Below, in pieces: positions 1 to 7,902 of a DNA stretch of 24,000 nucleotides (positions are counted from its first letter, which is position 1; every line of letters begins with the position of its first letter). The notes beneath the pieces were generated by a model, which did not search any database, had not been told where the DNA came from, and saw nothing but the letters and a program-made list of their open reading frames with translations. The stretch spans positions 4,438 to 28,437 of the forward strand of contig WAOK01000023.1 in NCBI GenBank assembly GCA_015521325.1. The letters are read 5' to 3'. Origin of the DNA: Desulfurococcales archaeon (GTDB lineage Archaea; Thermoproteota; Thermoprotei_A; Sulfolobales; NBVN01). The translations under genes were made by a program, and so were the position numbers.

Positions 1-306
1 GATCGCTAGGACATCGACCTTATCCGCGGCGGAGAGCGCCCGCAACCCTACCCGGAGCGCCTCATCAACTATTACGCAGTACCTGCCAACCCTGATGCTG
101 CAGCTCTCCCTCGAGGCCCTGGCCAGCCAGCCCTCCTCGCCGGTCGCTATATTGATTATCTTGAAACCCACTCTCCTCCCCCGAGCCCTAACCTCGGGGC
201 AGTAGAACCCGGCAACCGATACCCCTGCTTTCTTCAGTCTCTCCACGATAGCCATGAATATGGTCGTCTTCCCTACCCCAGGCCTCCCCGTTATGACGAA
301 TGCTGG
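1..306 (-). CDS. THEP1-like P-loop nucleoside-triphosphatase; the 3' part runs off the window and the 5' end is unresolved
   Basis: The minus-strand frame reads ..KPAFVITGRPGVGKTTIFMAIVERLKKAGVSVAGFYCPEVRARGRRVGFKIINIATGEEGWLA.. A Walker A motif (GRPGVGKT) is followed by the R-x-G-F motif typical of THEP1/NTPase. The frame is open from 324 to position 1. It is absent from the ORF track because it is truncated and has no canonical start upstream of the P-loop. Confidence 0.6.
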
Positions 307-307
307 C

Positions 308-1657
308 TTACTCTGCGAGGCCCATCACCCCAGCCAGCTTCCCGTACACCTCCTCAGCCCTTATCACGCCCTTGTCACCGGGTGAGTGGGTGCCTTCTGG
401 GTCGTAGATTGTTAGAACCCCGTACCAGTCATGCACAGCGTCGTCCGGGCCCCTGTCGTTCTCCGGGAGGTACTTGCTGGGCCACCCGATCGTGCCGGCG
501 GCCCTCCAGTAGAGGTTGTCGAAGTAGACCATGAGGTCGGGAGGGTCTCCGTTGACCGCCGGGTAGACCTCGCTCGGAACAACGGTCTTCGTGTTCCATA
601 CCTCACCGTTCGGGCCCCTAACCCTCTCGAGGGACTTCCTCAGGTCGTTTATGACCTCCCAGTACTCCTCCTTCCCAACAACCCCGTTCGGTTCCCTGCC
701 CTTCAGGTTGATGAATATCCTTGAGTAGTAACCGCCCCATGCCCACGCCACAGTGCTCCCCCAGTCAATCATCTCCGGCCTCAGATCCTCGCCAGGCCTC
801 TTCGGCCTCTCCTTCAGCTTGAGGTACCCCTCCTCCTCGAGCCACTGGTTAACTGCGAAGGCGCCCTTCATGTACTTGGCGCCGTGGTCTGAGAGAACCG
901 CTATGACGGCGTCCTTCAGGTGCTCCCTCACCTCACCGAACCACTTACCTATGCGTTCGTAGACCTCCGGTATGACCCTGGAGAACTCCTCGTGCTCCTC
1001 ATGCCTCGGGTGCTCCGGGTCAAAGTACTTCCAGAAGGCGTGGTGGGCCCTGTCAACACCTATCTCCACGTATATCATCAGGTCCCACTCCTTCCTACTC
1101 ATCAGGTACTTCACGACGGCGAGGTGCTTGCTCAGCATGTGCCTCAGGTCACGGGCGACCCTCGCCTTGTCCTGCGACCTAAAAACAACGTCGAAAACGT
1201 ACTCACCGAAGCGCTCGACGAGCTCCCTCTTAAGCCATGGGGGAAACGTCCACGGCTTCTCCGGGCCCGGTGTTATGAAGTCCGTCACGAGGAACCCGTG
1301 CACCGGCCTAGGAGGGTAGGTGGGGGGCACGCCCACGAGCCCGACCCTGCCGCCTGCCTTACCGACCTTGCTCCATATTGGTTCAGCCCTAACCCTTGTG
1401 GAGTCAGCTATGTAGGACGCCCTCAAGTCTCCGGGTTTCCTGTGGCGGAAGCCGTAGAGCCCGAGCTCACCCGGCGTTTTTCCGGTGAACATGCTGATCC
1501 AGGCGGGTATGGTGATTGGTGGGTGGGTTGAGTGCATGACGTACCTCTCCCCGCCCTCGATGACCTCGGCGAGGGGGCCGAGGTCCACGTTACCCATGCC
1601 CTCGTAGATTATAGATGGTGGGGCGCAGTCCAGGCCCAGAACAAATAATCTCCTCAT
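308..1657 (-). CDS. Alkaline-phosphatase-superfamily protein (type I phosphodiesterase/nucleotide pyrophosphatase-like)
   Basis: MRRLFVLGLDCAPP (metal-binding Asp), STHPPITIPAWISMFTG (Thr nucleophile region) and VLSDHGAKYM (DHG motif). I prefer the ATG at 1657 (MRRLFVLGLD) over the ORF-track start at 1705, because this family normally begins a few residues before the GLD motif. Confidence 0.75.
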   Translation of the reverse strand: MRRLFVLGLDCAPPSIIYEGMGNVDLGPLAEVIEGGERYVMHSTHPPITIPAWISMFTGKTPGELGLYGFRHRKPGDLRASYIADSTRVRAEPIWSKVGKAGGRVGLVGVPPTYPPRPVHGFLVTDFITPGPEKPWTFPPWLKRELVERFGEYVFDVVFRSQDKARVARDLRHMLSKHLAVVKYLMSRKEWDLMIYVEIGVDRAHHAFWKYFDPEHPRHEEHEEFSRVIPEVYERIGKWFGEVREHLKDAVIAVLSDHGAKYMKGAFAVNQWLEEEGYLKLKERPKRPGEDLRPEMIDWGSTVAWAWGGYYSRIFINLKGREPNGVVGKEEYWEVINDLRKSLERVRGPNGEVWNTKTVVPSEVYPAVNGDPPDLMVYFDNLYWRAAGTIGWPSKYLPENDRGPDDAVHDWYGVLTIYDPEGTHSPGDKGVIRAEEVYGKLAGVMGLAE

Positions 1658-1764
1658 GTATATACCCACCCATCCCCTGCAGGGGAGTAATTGAGTTTGA
1701 TGCATGCTTATGCGAAGATCAAGTTTTTCTTTTAGTTCCCGGGGAAATAAGAGGGGAATAGAAC

Positions 1765-2085
1765 ATGCCCCGGAAGAAAAAAGTGGTCCTAACCGAGGAA
1801 CAGGTTAAGGAGTTGATACACCTCTACGAGCAGGGAATGCCCGTTAGGGACATAATGAAGATGTTCAACATAAGGGGTTACGCGGCCTTCTACAGGATAC
1901 TGGAGTCCCACAACGTCCCTAAGAGGAGGAAGAAGAGGGGAGGGAGGAGGATACCTGAGGAGGTTCGGAAGAAGATCTGCGAGCTTAGGGCCAAGGGCTG
2001 GTCGTACCCGAGGATTGCTAAGGAGCTCGGCATAAGCTTGGGTAGTGCGTACAGGCACTCAAAGAAGTGCGAGGAGAGTCAGTGA
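1765..2085 (+). CDS. Small basic DNA-binding protein with two tandem helix-turn-helix modules
   Basis: Two similar segments: LTEEQVKELIHLYEQGMPVRDIMKMFNIRGYAAFYRIL and IPEEVRKKICELRAKGWSYPRIAKELGISLGSAYRH. They are separated by the basic run KRRKKRGGRR and resemble resolvase/IS-type HTH modules. No catalytic domain follows. Confidence 0.6.
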   Translation: MPRKKKVVLTEEQVKELIHLYEQGMPVRDIMKMFNIRGYAAFYRILESHNVPKRRKKRGGRRIPEEVRKKICELRAKGWSYPRIAKELGISLGSAYRHSKKCEESQ

Positions 2086-2087
2086 GG

Positions 2088-3383
2088 TCATTCAGGCCTG
2101 CAGACCTCTGCCGGCGGCGCCTCTAAAGACGCTAGTTCCTCGGCTCTCTCAGCTATTTTCTTAAGGGCGTCCACGAAGTAATCTATCTCATCCTTCGTGT
2201 TGTATATGTAGAATGATGCCCTCACCGTCCCGTCGAGGCCCAAGCGGTAGTGGAGCGGGTGGGCACAGTGCTTCCCGGTCCTTACAGCTACGCCGAATAG
2301 GTCGAGGGCCTTACCGACAATGTGGTGGTTCAGTCTCTCACCGCTCGGCAAGAGGACGTTGAATGGGACTATGCCGCCCCTCTCCTCCGGCGGCGGGCCG
2401 TATGTCTCGACGAGGTCCCTCAGCTCCTCCATGCGCTTCAGGCAGTAGCGTGTCAGCTCCTCCTCATGCGCCCGCACGTTCTCCATCCCGAGCCTCATAA
2501 GGTACTTGGCCGCCTCAGCCAGCCCTATCATGCCCGCTATGTTCGGTGTCCCTGCCTCGAACCTCCAAGGGAGGTCATGCCATACGACGTCCTCAAGCGT
2601 GACATCCTTTATTGTGTCCCCACCTACCTTGAACGGCTCCAGGCCCTCGAGGATCTCCTCCCTACCCCACAGTATGCCGGTCCCTGTCGGGCCCAGCATC
2701 TTGTGCCCGCTGAAGGCGAGGAAATCTATGCCGAGGTCATAGACCCTCACGGGCATGTGGGGCACGGCCTGCGCGCCGTCGGCAACAACTATGGCGCCGT
2801 AGTCGTGGGCGAGCTTCGCCACCTTCCTTATGTCGACGATCGCTCCCGTGACGTTGCTCATCATCGTCATCGCTACGACCTTCACCCTCCTGCTCATAAC
2901 CTCCTCGAGGGCCTCGTAGTCGAGGCGGCCGTAGTCGTCAACGCCGACGTAGCGTATCCTCGCCCCGGTCAGCTCCGCCACCCTCCTCCACGGGAGCATG
3001 TTGCTGTGGTGCTCCATCACACTCATCACTATCTCGTCGCCCTCCCTCAGGTTCCTCAGCCCCCAGGTCCAGGCGACGAGGTTGAGTGACTCCGTCGCGT
3101 TGTATGTGAGGATAATCTCCTCCCTCCCCCTAGCCCCTATGAACTCCGCTATGATGTCGTGGGCCTCCTCGAAGGCCTCGCTGGCTTCCTGGGAGAGTGT
3201 GTAGAGCCCTCTATGCACGTTCGCGTTGTATTCCTCGTAGAACCGCTTGATGGCCTCTATGACCTGCCTCGGCTTCTGGGTCGTTGCTGTGTTGTCGAAG
3301 TACACTACGGGGACGCCGTTGATTCTTCTCTTAAGTATGGGAAAGTCCTCTCGGATCTTGTAGGGGTCGAGCAACGCGATCAC
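2088..3383 (-). CDS. sufS: Cysteine desulfurase, class V aminotransferase (SufS/CsdA type)
   Basis: PLP-lysine motif FSGHKMLGPTGTGILWG and catalytic-cysteine loop RTGKHCAHPL. N-terminal FPILKR..VYFDNTATTQKP. GTG start at 3383. Confidence 0.85.
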   Translation of the reverse strand: MIALLDPYKIREDFPILKRRINGVPVVYFDNTATTQKPRQVIEAIKRFYEEYNANVHRGLYTLSQEASEAFEEAHDIIAEFIGARGREEIILTYNATESLNLVAWTWGLRNLREGDEIVMSVMEHHSNMLPWRRVAELTGARIRYVGVDDYGRLDYEALEEVMSRRVKVVAMTMMSNVTGAIVDIRKVAKLAHDYGAIVVADGAQAVPHMPVRVYDLGIDFLAFSGHKMLGPTGTGILWGREEILEGLEPFKVGGDTIKDVTLEDVVWHDLPWRFEAGTPNIAGMIGLAEAAKYLMRLGMENVRAHEEELTRYCLKRMEELRDLVETYGPPPEERGGIVPFNVLLPSGERLNHHIVGKALDLFGVAVRTGKHCAHPLHYRLGLDGTVRASFYIYNTKDEIDYFVDALKKIAERAEELASLEAPPAEVCRPE

Positions 3384-3991
3384 CTACCGAGGAGTGCCCG
3401 GAGGATCTCGTCAAGCATCCTCTTACGTATTGCTTTCCTCGGGTCAGGCGGTTCCTCACCCCTCAGGTAGGCCTCAACACGCTCCGGAAACTCCTCAACC
3501 ACTAGCTTGAGCTCCTCGGCGTTAAGGACACCCTCGTATCTCTCCAGGCGCGCCTGCTCACCCCCCTTAACCGCCACAAGTATCGTTGTGGGTGAGGCCC
3601 TTACCCCGTACTTACGGAAGCTCTCCGCAGCCGCCCTCGACCTGCACTCCCTCGCGAACCAGTCACACAGCACGATAATGAATCGGTACCCTCTCTCCCA
3701 CAGCTCCGCCGCTTTCTCCTCAACGTACGGGAACCAGACCTCGTCGTAGGTCCTACACGCAGGGCACTTTGTGTTGTCGAAGTATATCACGAAGAAACCG
3801 TCCGACCTGGGGGTGAAGGGTTCCTCATCACTCTCGCCTGCGACCAGCATCCACTTTCTGGTTCTCGGCGAGTAGACGTATATGCCGTTCGGTGAGTCCT
3901 TGCCGGGCTTGTCGTATGGCCTGGCCTGGAACTCCTTCATCAGCCTCCTTATACACTCCTCCACAAACTCGTCACTCAACAACCTCCCCAC
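3380..3991 (-). CDS. Thioredoxin-fold protein with a CPAC redox motif
   Basis: FFVIYFDNTKCPACRTYDEVW (CxxC after a beta strand) and a later SPTTILVAVKGG segment (cis-Pro-like). Its TGA stop overlaps the GTG start of sufS as GTGA (3380-3383), which indicates translational coupling. Confidence 0.6.
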   Translation of the reverse strand: MGRLLSDEFVEECIRRLMKEFQARPYDKPGKDSPNGIYVYSPRTRKWMLVAGESDEEPFTPRSDGFFVIYFDNTKCPACRTYDEVWFPYVEEKAAELWERGYRFIIVLCDWFARECRSRAAAESFRKYGVRASPTTILVAVKGGEQARLERYEGVLNAEELKLVVEEFPERVEAYLRGEEPPDPRKAIRKRMLDEILRALLGR

Positions 3992-4086
3992 AGACTCCTA
4001 CCAAGGGAATGAAGATAAATCTGAATTACCTATTCTTCATCGCCCAAAATAAAATCCTTAATAACATACATAGTGACTGAGGTAAG

Positions 4087-4995
4087 TTGCTGCCGCACGA
4101 ACTCGTCTCCAAGCACGTGATCCCCTGGCTGAGGGCGCTCGTGGCCAAGAAGCTTGCCCAGGCTGGGGTCACCCAGGCCACCATAGCTAAGGCACTCTCC
4201 GTTACCCAGCCAATGGTTAGCAAGTACCTGCGCATGCCCGAGGACGAGATAAGGAGGAAGTTCGAGGAAACCGGGATAGACTTCGGGGAGGCGTCGGCTG
4301 TCGCATCCTCTATCGCTGACTCGTTAAGAAGGGGGTCAATGATTGAGGCGAACCAGCTCATGGCATCGTACATGCAGCAACTCCTCGCCAGCGGCAGGCT
4401 CTGCGAGCTGCACAGGCGCATAGATTGGTGGGCAGGGCCGGAGTGCAGGATATGTGTTGAAGTGATGGGCGGGCCCGTACTAGTCACTGTTGAGTCAGTG
4501 AAGACCGCCTACCGCATCCTCGCCGCCCACAGGCACGCCACGTTAGCGGTACCGGAGGTAGGCTCTAACATCGTTGAGGCCCCTAAGGGGGCGAGGTCCG
4601 CTGAAGAATTCGTGGGTTTCTCGGGAAGAATAGTGAGGGTGGGTGAGAGGCTCATTGCCCTAGGCGACCCTGTCCCGGGAGGGTCGAGGCACACCGCCAA
4701 AGTGCTCGAGAAGGTCATGAAGATTGCGCCAGGATATCGCGGCGTGATCGTCGCGAGAGGTTCCAGAGAGATGATCGAGGGCCTGAAAGCAGCGGGTGCC
4801 TCCGTGGCTGTGGCCGGCCCTGCCGAGAGGCTTGAGGAGGTCGGGGATCAGGTTGCTGAGGCGGTTGCCCAGGGCGCCGACGCTATCTACCACGTTGGTG
4901 GGCAGGGTATCGAGCCCGTCGTATACGTTTTCGGCTCTACAGCCATTGAAGTTGCCGCTAAGCTTGTGAGGGCACTCGACACTATCTCCTCTTAG
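4087..4995 (+). CDS. HTH + ThiN-domain protein (ThiR-like putative thiamine-responsive regulator)
   Basis: N-terminal HTH (VTQATIAKALSVTQPMVSKYL). The C-terminal half carries ThiN-like signatures: PEVGSNIVEA, GFSGRIVRVG, GGSRHTAKVL. TTG start. Confidence 0.55.
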   Translation: MLPHELVSKHVIPWLRALVAKKLAQAGVTQATIAKALSVTQPMVSKYLRMPEDEIRRKFEETGIDFGEASAVASSIADSLRRGSMIEANQLMASYMQQLLASGRLCELHRRIDWWAGPECRICVEVMGGPVLVTVESVKTAYRILAAHRHATLAVPEVGSNIVEAPKGARSAEEFVGFSGRIVRVGERLIALGDPVPGGSRHTAKVLEKVMKIAPGYRGVIVARGSREMIEGLKAAGASVAVAGPAERLEEVGDQVAEAVAQGADAIYHVGGQGIEPVVYVFGSTAIEVAAKLVRALDTISS

Positions 4996-5674
4996 GCGGC
5001 TCGACGCGGACGTGCCTCAGCCCGGCCTTACTCAAGGCCTTAGCAGCTGCCGGGGTTACGGAGGGGGATGCCAGGTACCCCCGAACATCGAACCCCAGAC
5101 TGCGGAAGTACTCCACGTACCTCATGAGCTGGTAGACTGCCGGAACGTCCGCCCTAGAGCGCTTTACCTCAACAACTATGAGTGCCCCGTCACGCCCCCT
5201 GAGGATAACGTCCGCCCTCCCGTAAGGGGTTCTCGCCTCCCTAGTCACGAGCCTAGCCCCTTCCTCAACGATTCCCGGGTTCATCGCTATGACCTCCACA
5301 ATATCGTTCTCCGAACCGAATAGCTCGAGGCCCCTCTGCCCTAGCCTCGCCGCCATCACCGTAATCGGCGGGTATAGCTTGATGAGGAGCCTCTCCCTTG
5401 GCCTCGACCTGACGGCCTCAACGTAAGCCACCCCTTCCTCAGACCACGCCCTCACGGTGGCCTTCGGCTGCCAGTTTAGGGGCTCCCTCCCGCTCGATTC
5501 GTGCACGAGCACCGTGCCGTCCTGCTTAATTATTATTAGGCGGTAGGCCCTCCCAGCCTTACTGGCTGCCCTGCCCTCATAGTCTATTGAGCACTCGGCA
5601 ACCAGAATAACTGTGTAGGACTTGAGTAGGGGGCGCAGGGTATCGGGTAGCTCATCCGCCCCGATCTCGCCCAC
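4982..5674 (-). CDS. nucS: Endonuclease NucS/EndoMS (mismatch-specific)
   Basis: N-terminal dimerisation/DNA-binding half (ECSIDYEGRA...LIIIKQDGTVLVH). C-terminal RecB-like nuclease core (GRADVILRGRDGALIVVEVKRSRA..VYQLMRYV). GTG start 5 nt after the upstream stop. Confidence 0.85.
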   Translation of the reverse strand: MGEIGADELPDTLRPLLKSYTVILVAECSIDYEGRAASKAGRAYRLIIIKQDGTVLVHESSGREPLNWQPKATVRAWSEEGVAYVEAVRSRPRERLLIKLYPPITVMAARLGQRGLELFGSENDIVEVIAMNPGIVEEGARLVTREARTPYGRADVILRGRDGALIVVEVKRSRADVPAVYQLMRYVEYFRSLGFDVRGYLASPSVTPAAAKALSKAGLRHVRVEPPKRR

Positions 5675-5679
5675 GATGT

Positions 5680-6660
5680 TTACCCTGTCCTTCGTCTCTT
5701 ATCCCCCGCCCTCACCACCTTAGCTACCTCGACGACGATCCTGACGGCCTCCTCTAGGCTTATGTCAGGGAGGGTCGCTGACGCTGCCTCCGGGTGGCCT
5801 CCGTACCTGCCGGACGTGACCTCCGCCAGCTTCCTCACGAGCCTGAGAGCCCTGTCGCTGAGGGATCTCGCCGTCACGACGACTTTCTCTTCTTCCTTCC
5901 TTATGAGTACGACATCGGACCTGCTTGCCTTGGCGAACTCCGTTGAGGCTATGCCGAGGAGCCCGGCGAATATCCTTGACTCCGCCAGGTCTAGGGCCAC
6001 TATCTTTACCCCGTACATGTCTATCGCCTTATCGCTCATCTTCCTCAGTAAGGTATTGAGGAGGAACTTCGCTATCTTGGCCCTCGAGACGACCTCCTCA
6101 TCCTTCCTAAGGTCGACTCCTTTCAGCATGCTGTCAATCATGTGCCTCATGAACTCGGCATCACCCGGGTCCCTAGCTATCGATAATTTTATGATGTCAG
6201 CCACCCTAGCGGCGTCCTCGCTGACCGCTCTCCCACCCTCGCATATGTCGGCGACATCAACGAGGAACTCCTCGTACGGGTTCATGACCGGCCTCAGCAC
6301 CTCCTTCATCAGCCTCGGGGTCGATTGGGCCTTGGCCCATATGACTTTAAAGGAGTCGTGCCTCCTCAGCTCCTCAACAAAATCCCTTGATGATACATGG
6401 TGGTCTATCACGACTGCCTTACTGACTTTGTCCCTAACCGAAACAAGGAAATCGATGAATTCCCTACTGAGGGCTAGGTCCAGGACGCCGAGCTCCGCCA
6501 GGGGGTACTCAGGCTTCGCAGCGTCTATGTGCGCCCTCCAGGGCTGAGTAAAGACTATGTCCACCCTCGAGGGGTACCAGTCCATAAGGTAGTGCTTTAT
6601 GTAAATAAAGGCAGAAATAATCCCGTCACAGTCCCCGTGACACACTATAGCGGATTTCAT
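5680..6660 (-). CDS. DHH/DHHA1-family phosphoesterase (putative nuclease/nanoRNase)
   Basis: Motif I CHGDCDG, motif III VIDHHVS, and the DHHA1 motif YGGHPEAASA. All catalytic signatures are intact. Confidence 0.75.
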   Translation of the reverse strand: MKSAIVCHGDCDGIISAFIYIKHYLMDWYPSRVDIVFTQPWRAHIDAAKPEYPLAELGVLDLALSREFIDFLVSVRDKVSKAVVIDHHVSSRDFVEELRRHDSFKVIWAKAQSTPRLMKEVLRPVMNPYEEFLVDVADICEGGRAVSEDAARVADIIKLSIARDPGDAEFMRHMIDSMLKGVDLRKDEEVVSRAKIAKFLLNTLLRKMSDKAIDMYGVKIVALDLAESRIFAGLLGIASTEFAKASRSDVVLIRKEEEKVVVTARSLSDRALRLVRKLAEVTSGRYGGHPEAASATLPDISLEEAVRIVVEVAKVVRAGDKRRRTG

Positions 6661-6716
6661 GCCAAAAACACCTAACCCAAAAATGCTTTGAAGCTAATTA
6701 AAGCGGTGGTCCCGGG

Positions 6717-7322
6717 TTGGGTGACGACGAGAGGGTCTCGAGGATCGCTGAGCTTGTTAGGGAATTCCTCACGCTCATTGGCGAGGATCCGGAGAGGGAG
6801 GGGCTGAGAGAGACTCCGGAGAGGGTTGCGAGGATGTGGGTGAGGGAGCTCTCCTCAGGTTACTGGGAAGATCCGAGAACATATCTAAAGACCTTCGACG
6901 GCTCATACCTGCAGTTCGGGGACATGGTCGTCATAAGGGACGCGCCAGTGAGGTCAATGTGCGAGCACCACCTCCTCCCCTTCTTCGGGAGGGCCCACCT
7001 CGCCTACATCCCGGACGGGCAGGTGCTGGGGTTCAGCAAGTTCTCGAGGGTTGTCTCTTCCTTCGCTAGGCGGCTCCAGCTCCAGGAGAGACTCACGGCA
7101 CAGGTTGCTGACTTCCTCTACAAAGAGCTCTCTCCCAAGGGCCTCTTCCTCGTCATTGAGGCAACACACACCTGCGCGTTAGTTAGGGGTGTCGAGGAAC
7201 CCCTCCACATGGTGACCACAGCCGCTAGGGGGGTATTCCGGGAGATGCCTGAACTCGTCGAGAGAGCCATGAAGCTAATGGGTGTGGGGGATAGGGCTCA
7301 GACACCCATCAGAACCCCCTAA
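6717..7322 (+). CDS. folE: GTP cyclohydrolase I
   Basis: GLRETPERVARMW, the zinc site CEHHLLPF, QERLT, and HTCALVRGV. TTG start. Confidence 0.9.
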   Translation: MGDDERVSRIAELVREFLTLIGEDPEREGLRETPERVARMWVRELSSGYWEDPRTYLKTFDGSYLQFGDMVVIRDAPVRSMCEHHLLPFFGRAHLAYIPDGQVLGFSKFSRVVSSFARRLQLQERLTAQVADFLYKELSPKGLFLVIEATHTCALVRGVEEPLHMVTTAARGVFREMPELVERAMKLMGVGDRAQTPIRTP

Positions 7323-7902
7323 CGAGCCTGAGGAGCAGTGCCTGAGGCCCCCACACGCTCCTCAACTTTACGAAGAGTGAGTGAAGCGCTTGATGCCCCG
7401 CCACGGCGGCGGCGAAGGTATTAGCCTCGACCTCCTCATTAAATACTGGCACACCCAGCCTCGCAAGCTTCGGCATTATTTGCGAGGAACCTATTAGGCC
7501 GGCGAACACCGCCAGAACTACGATTAGAGGGTTATCTGGCCTTACCCCAGAGAGGGTGCCTGCAGCGAGGACGGCAAGGGCTAGGTCGAGGGCGAGCCCT
7601 ATCTTAAGCACGCTGAGCAGGACAGCCCTAACGAGCCTCTTTCTGTTCCTGAGCATTGTGAGGTGGTAGGCTTCGTGAGCCATTAGGGCAAGTAGTTCTT
7701 CATCGCTTAGGCCACACACGATGTCGGGGTTGTAGACGACCCAGCCCAGAGGGATGAGGGCCGCGGCGACTGGGACTATACGGAGTGGTGTCACCCTCTT
7801 TGGTATTATACCTATTATGGTGAATACTCGCCCAACCCTCTCCAGGCAGTCGCCGTCACCCTGGTTCCCTAGTGAGCTTGGCGACCCTGACTGCTCGCCC
7901 AA
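7309..7902 (-). CDS. Small membrane zinc metalloprotease, M48 (HtpX)-like
   Basis: LLALMAHEAYHL (HExxH), with the downstream NEEVEANTFAA matching the M48 third-ligand E-x-x-A-[DN] region. About three hydrophobic helices. The TTG start at 7902 overlaps the bactofilin gene by 47 nt; an alternative GTG lies at 7794. Confidence 0.55.
   Translation of the reverse strand: MGEQSGSPSSLGNQGDGDCLERVGRVFTIIGIIPKRVTPLRIVPVAAALIPLGWVVYNPDIVCGLSDEELLALMAHEAYHLTMLRNRKRLVRAVLLSVLKIGLALDLALAVLAAGTLSGVRPDNPLIVVLAVFAGLIGSSQIMPKLARLGVPVFNEEVEANTFAAAVAGHQALHSLFVKLRSVWGPQALLLRLVRGF

Noticed and set aside
1075-1110. Other exact TGATGA/TCATCA occurrences screened as possible C boxes. Examples: 63-68, 709-714, 1075-1104, 5380-5385, 6388-6393, 12108-12114, 12604-12610, 16438-16443, 19340-19345, 19517-19522, 19781-19786, 23260-23266.
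   Set aside because: None has a CUGA at the required 10-13-nt spacing or a second C'/D' pair. All lie inside coding sequence, where the hexamer is explained by codons such as L-M-x or D-D.
920-1531. Long antisense ORFs opposite real genes. Examples: 920-1531 (+), 2322-3089 (+), 5762-6547 (+), 11078-11770 (-), 11439-12074 (-), 13832-14200 (-), 14035-14445 (-), 21448-22053 (-), 23454-23723 (-).
   Set aside because: Their translations are S/T/P/R/L-rich and low in complexity, with no motifs. Each lies opposite a frame with clear family signatures and host-like codon usage. Such shadow ORFs are expected in GC-rich coding DNA.
4982-4995. Two convergent gene pairs each overlap by exactly 14 nt (4982-4995 and 7309-7322).
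   Set aside because: Short 3'-3' overlaps are common in compact archaeal genomes. The equal length appears coincidental, and I see no shared sequence between the two sites.
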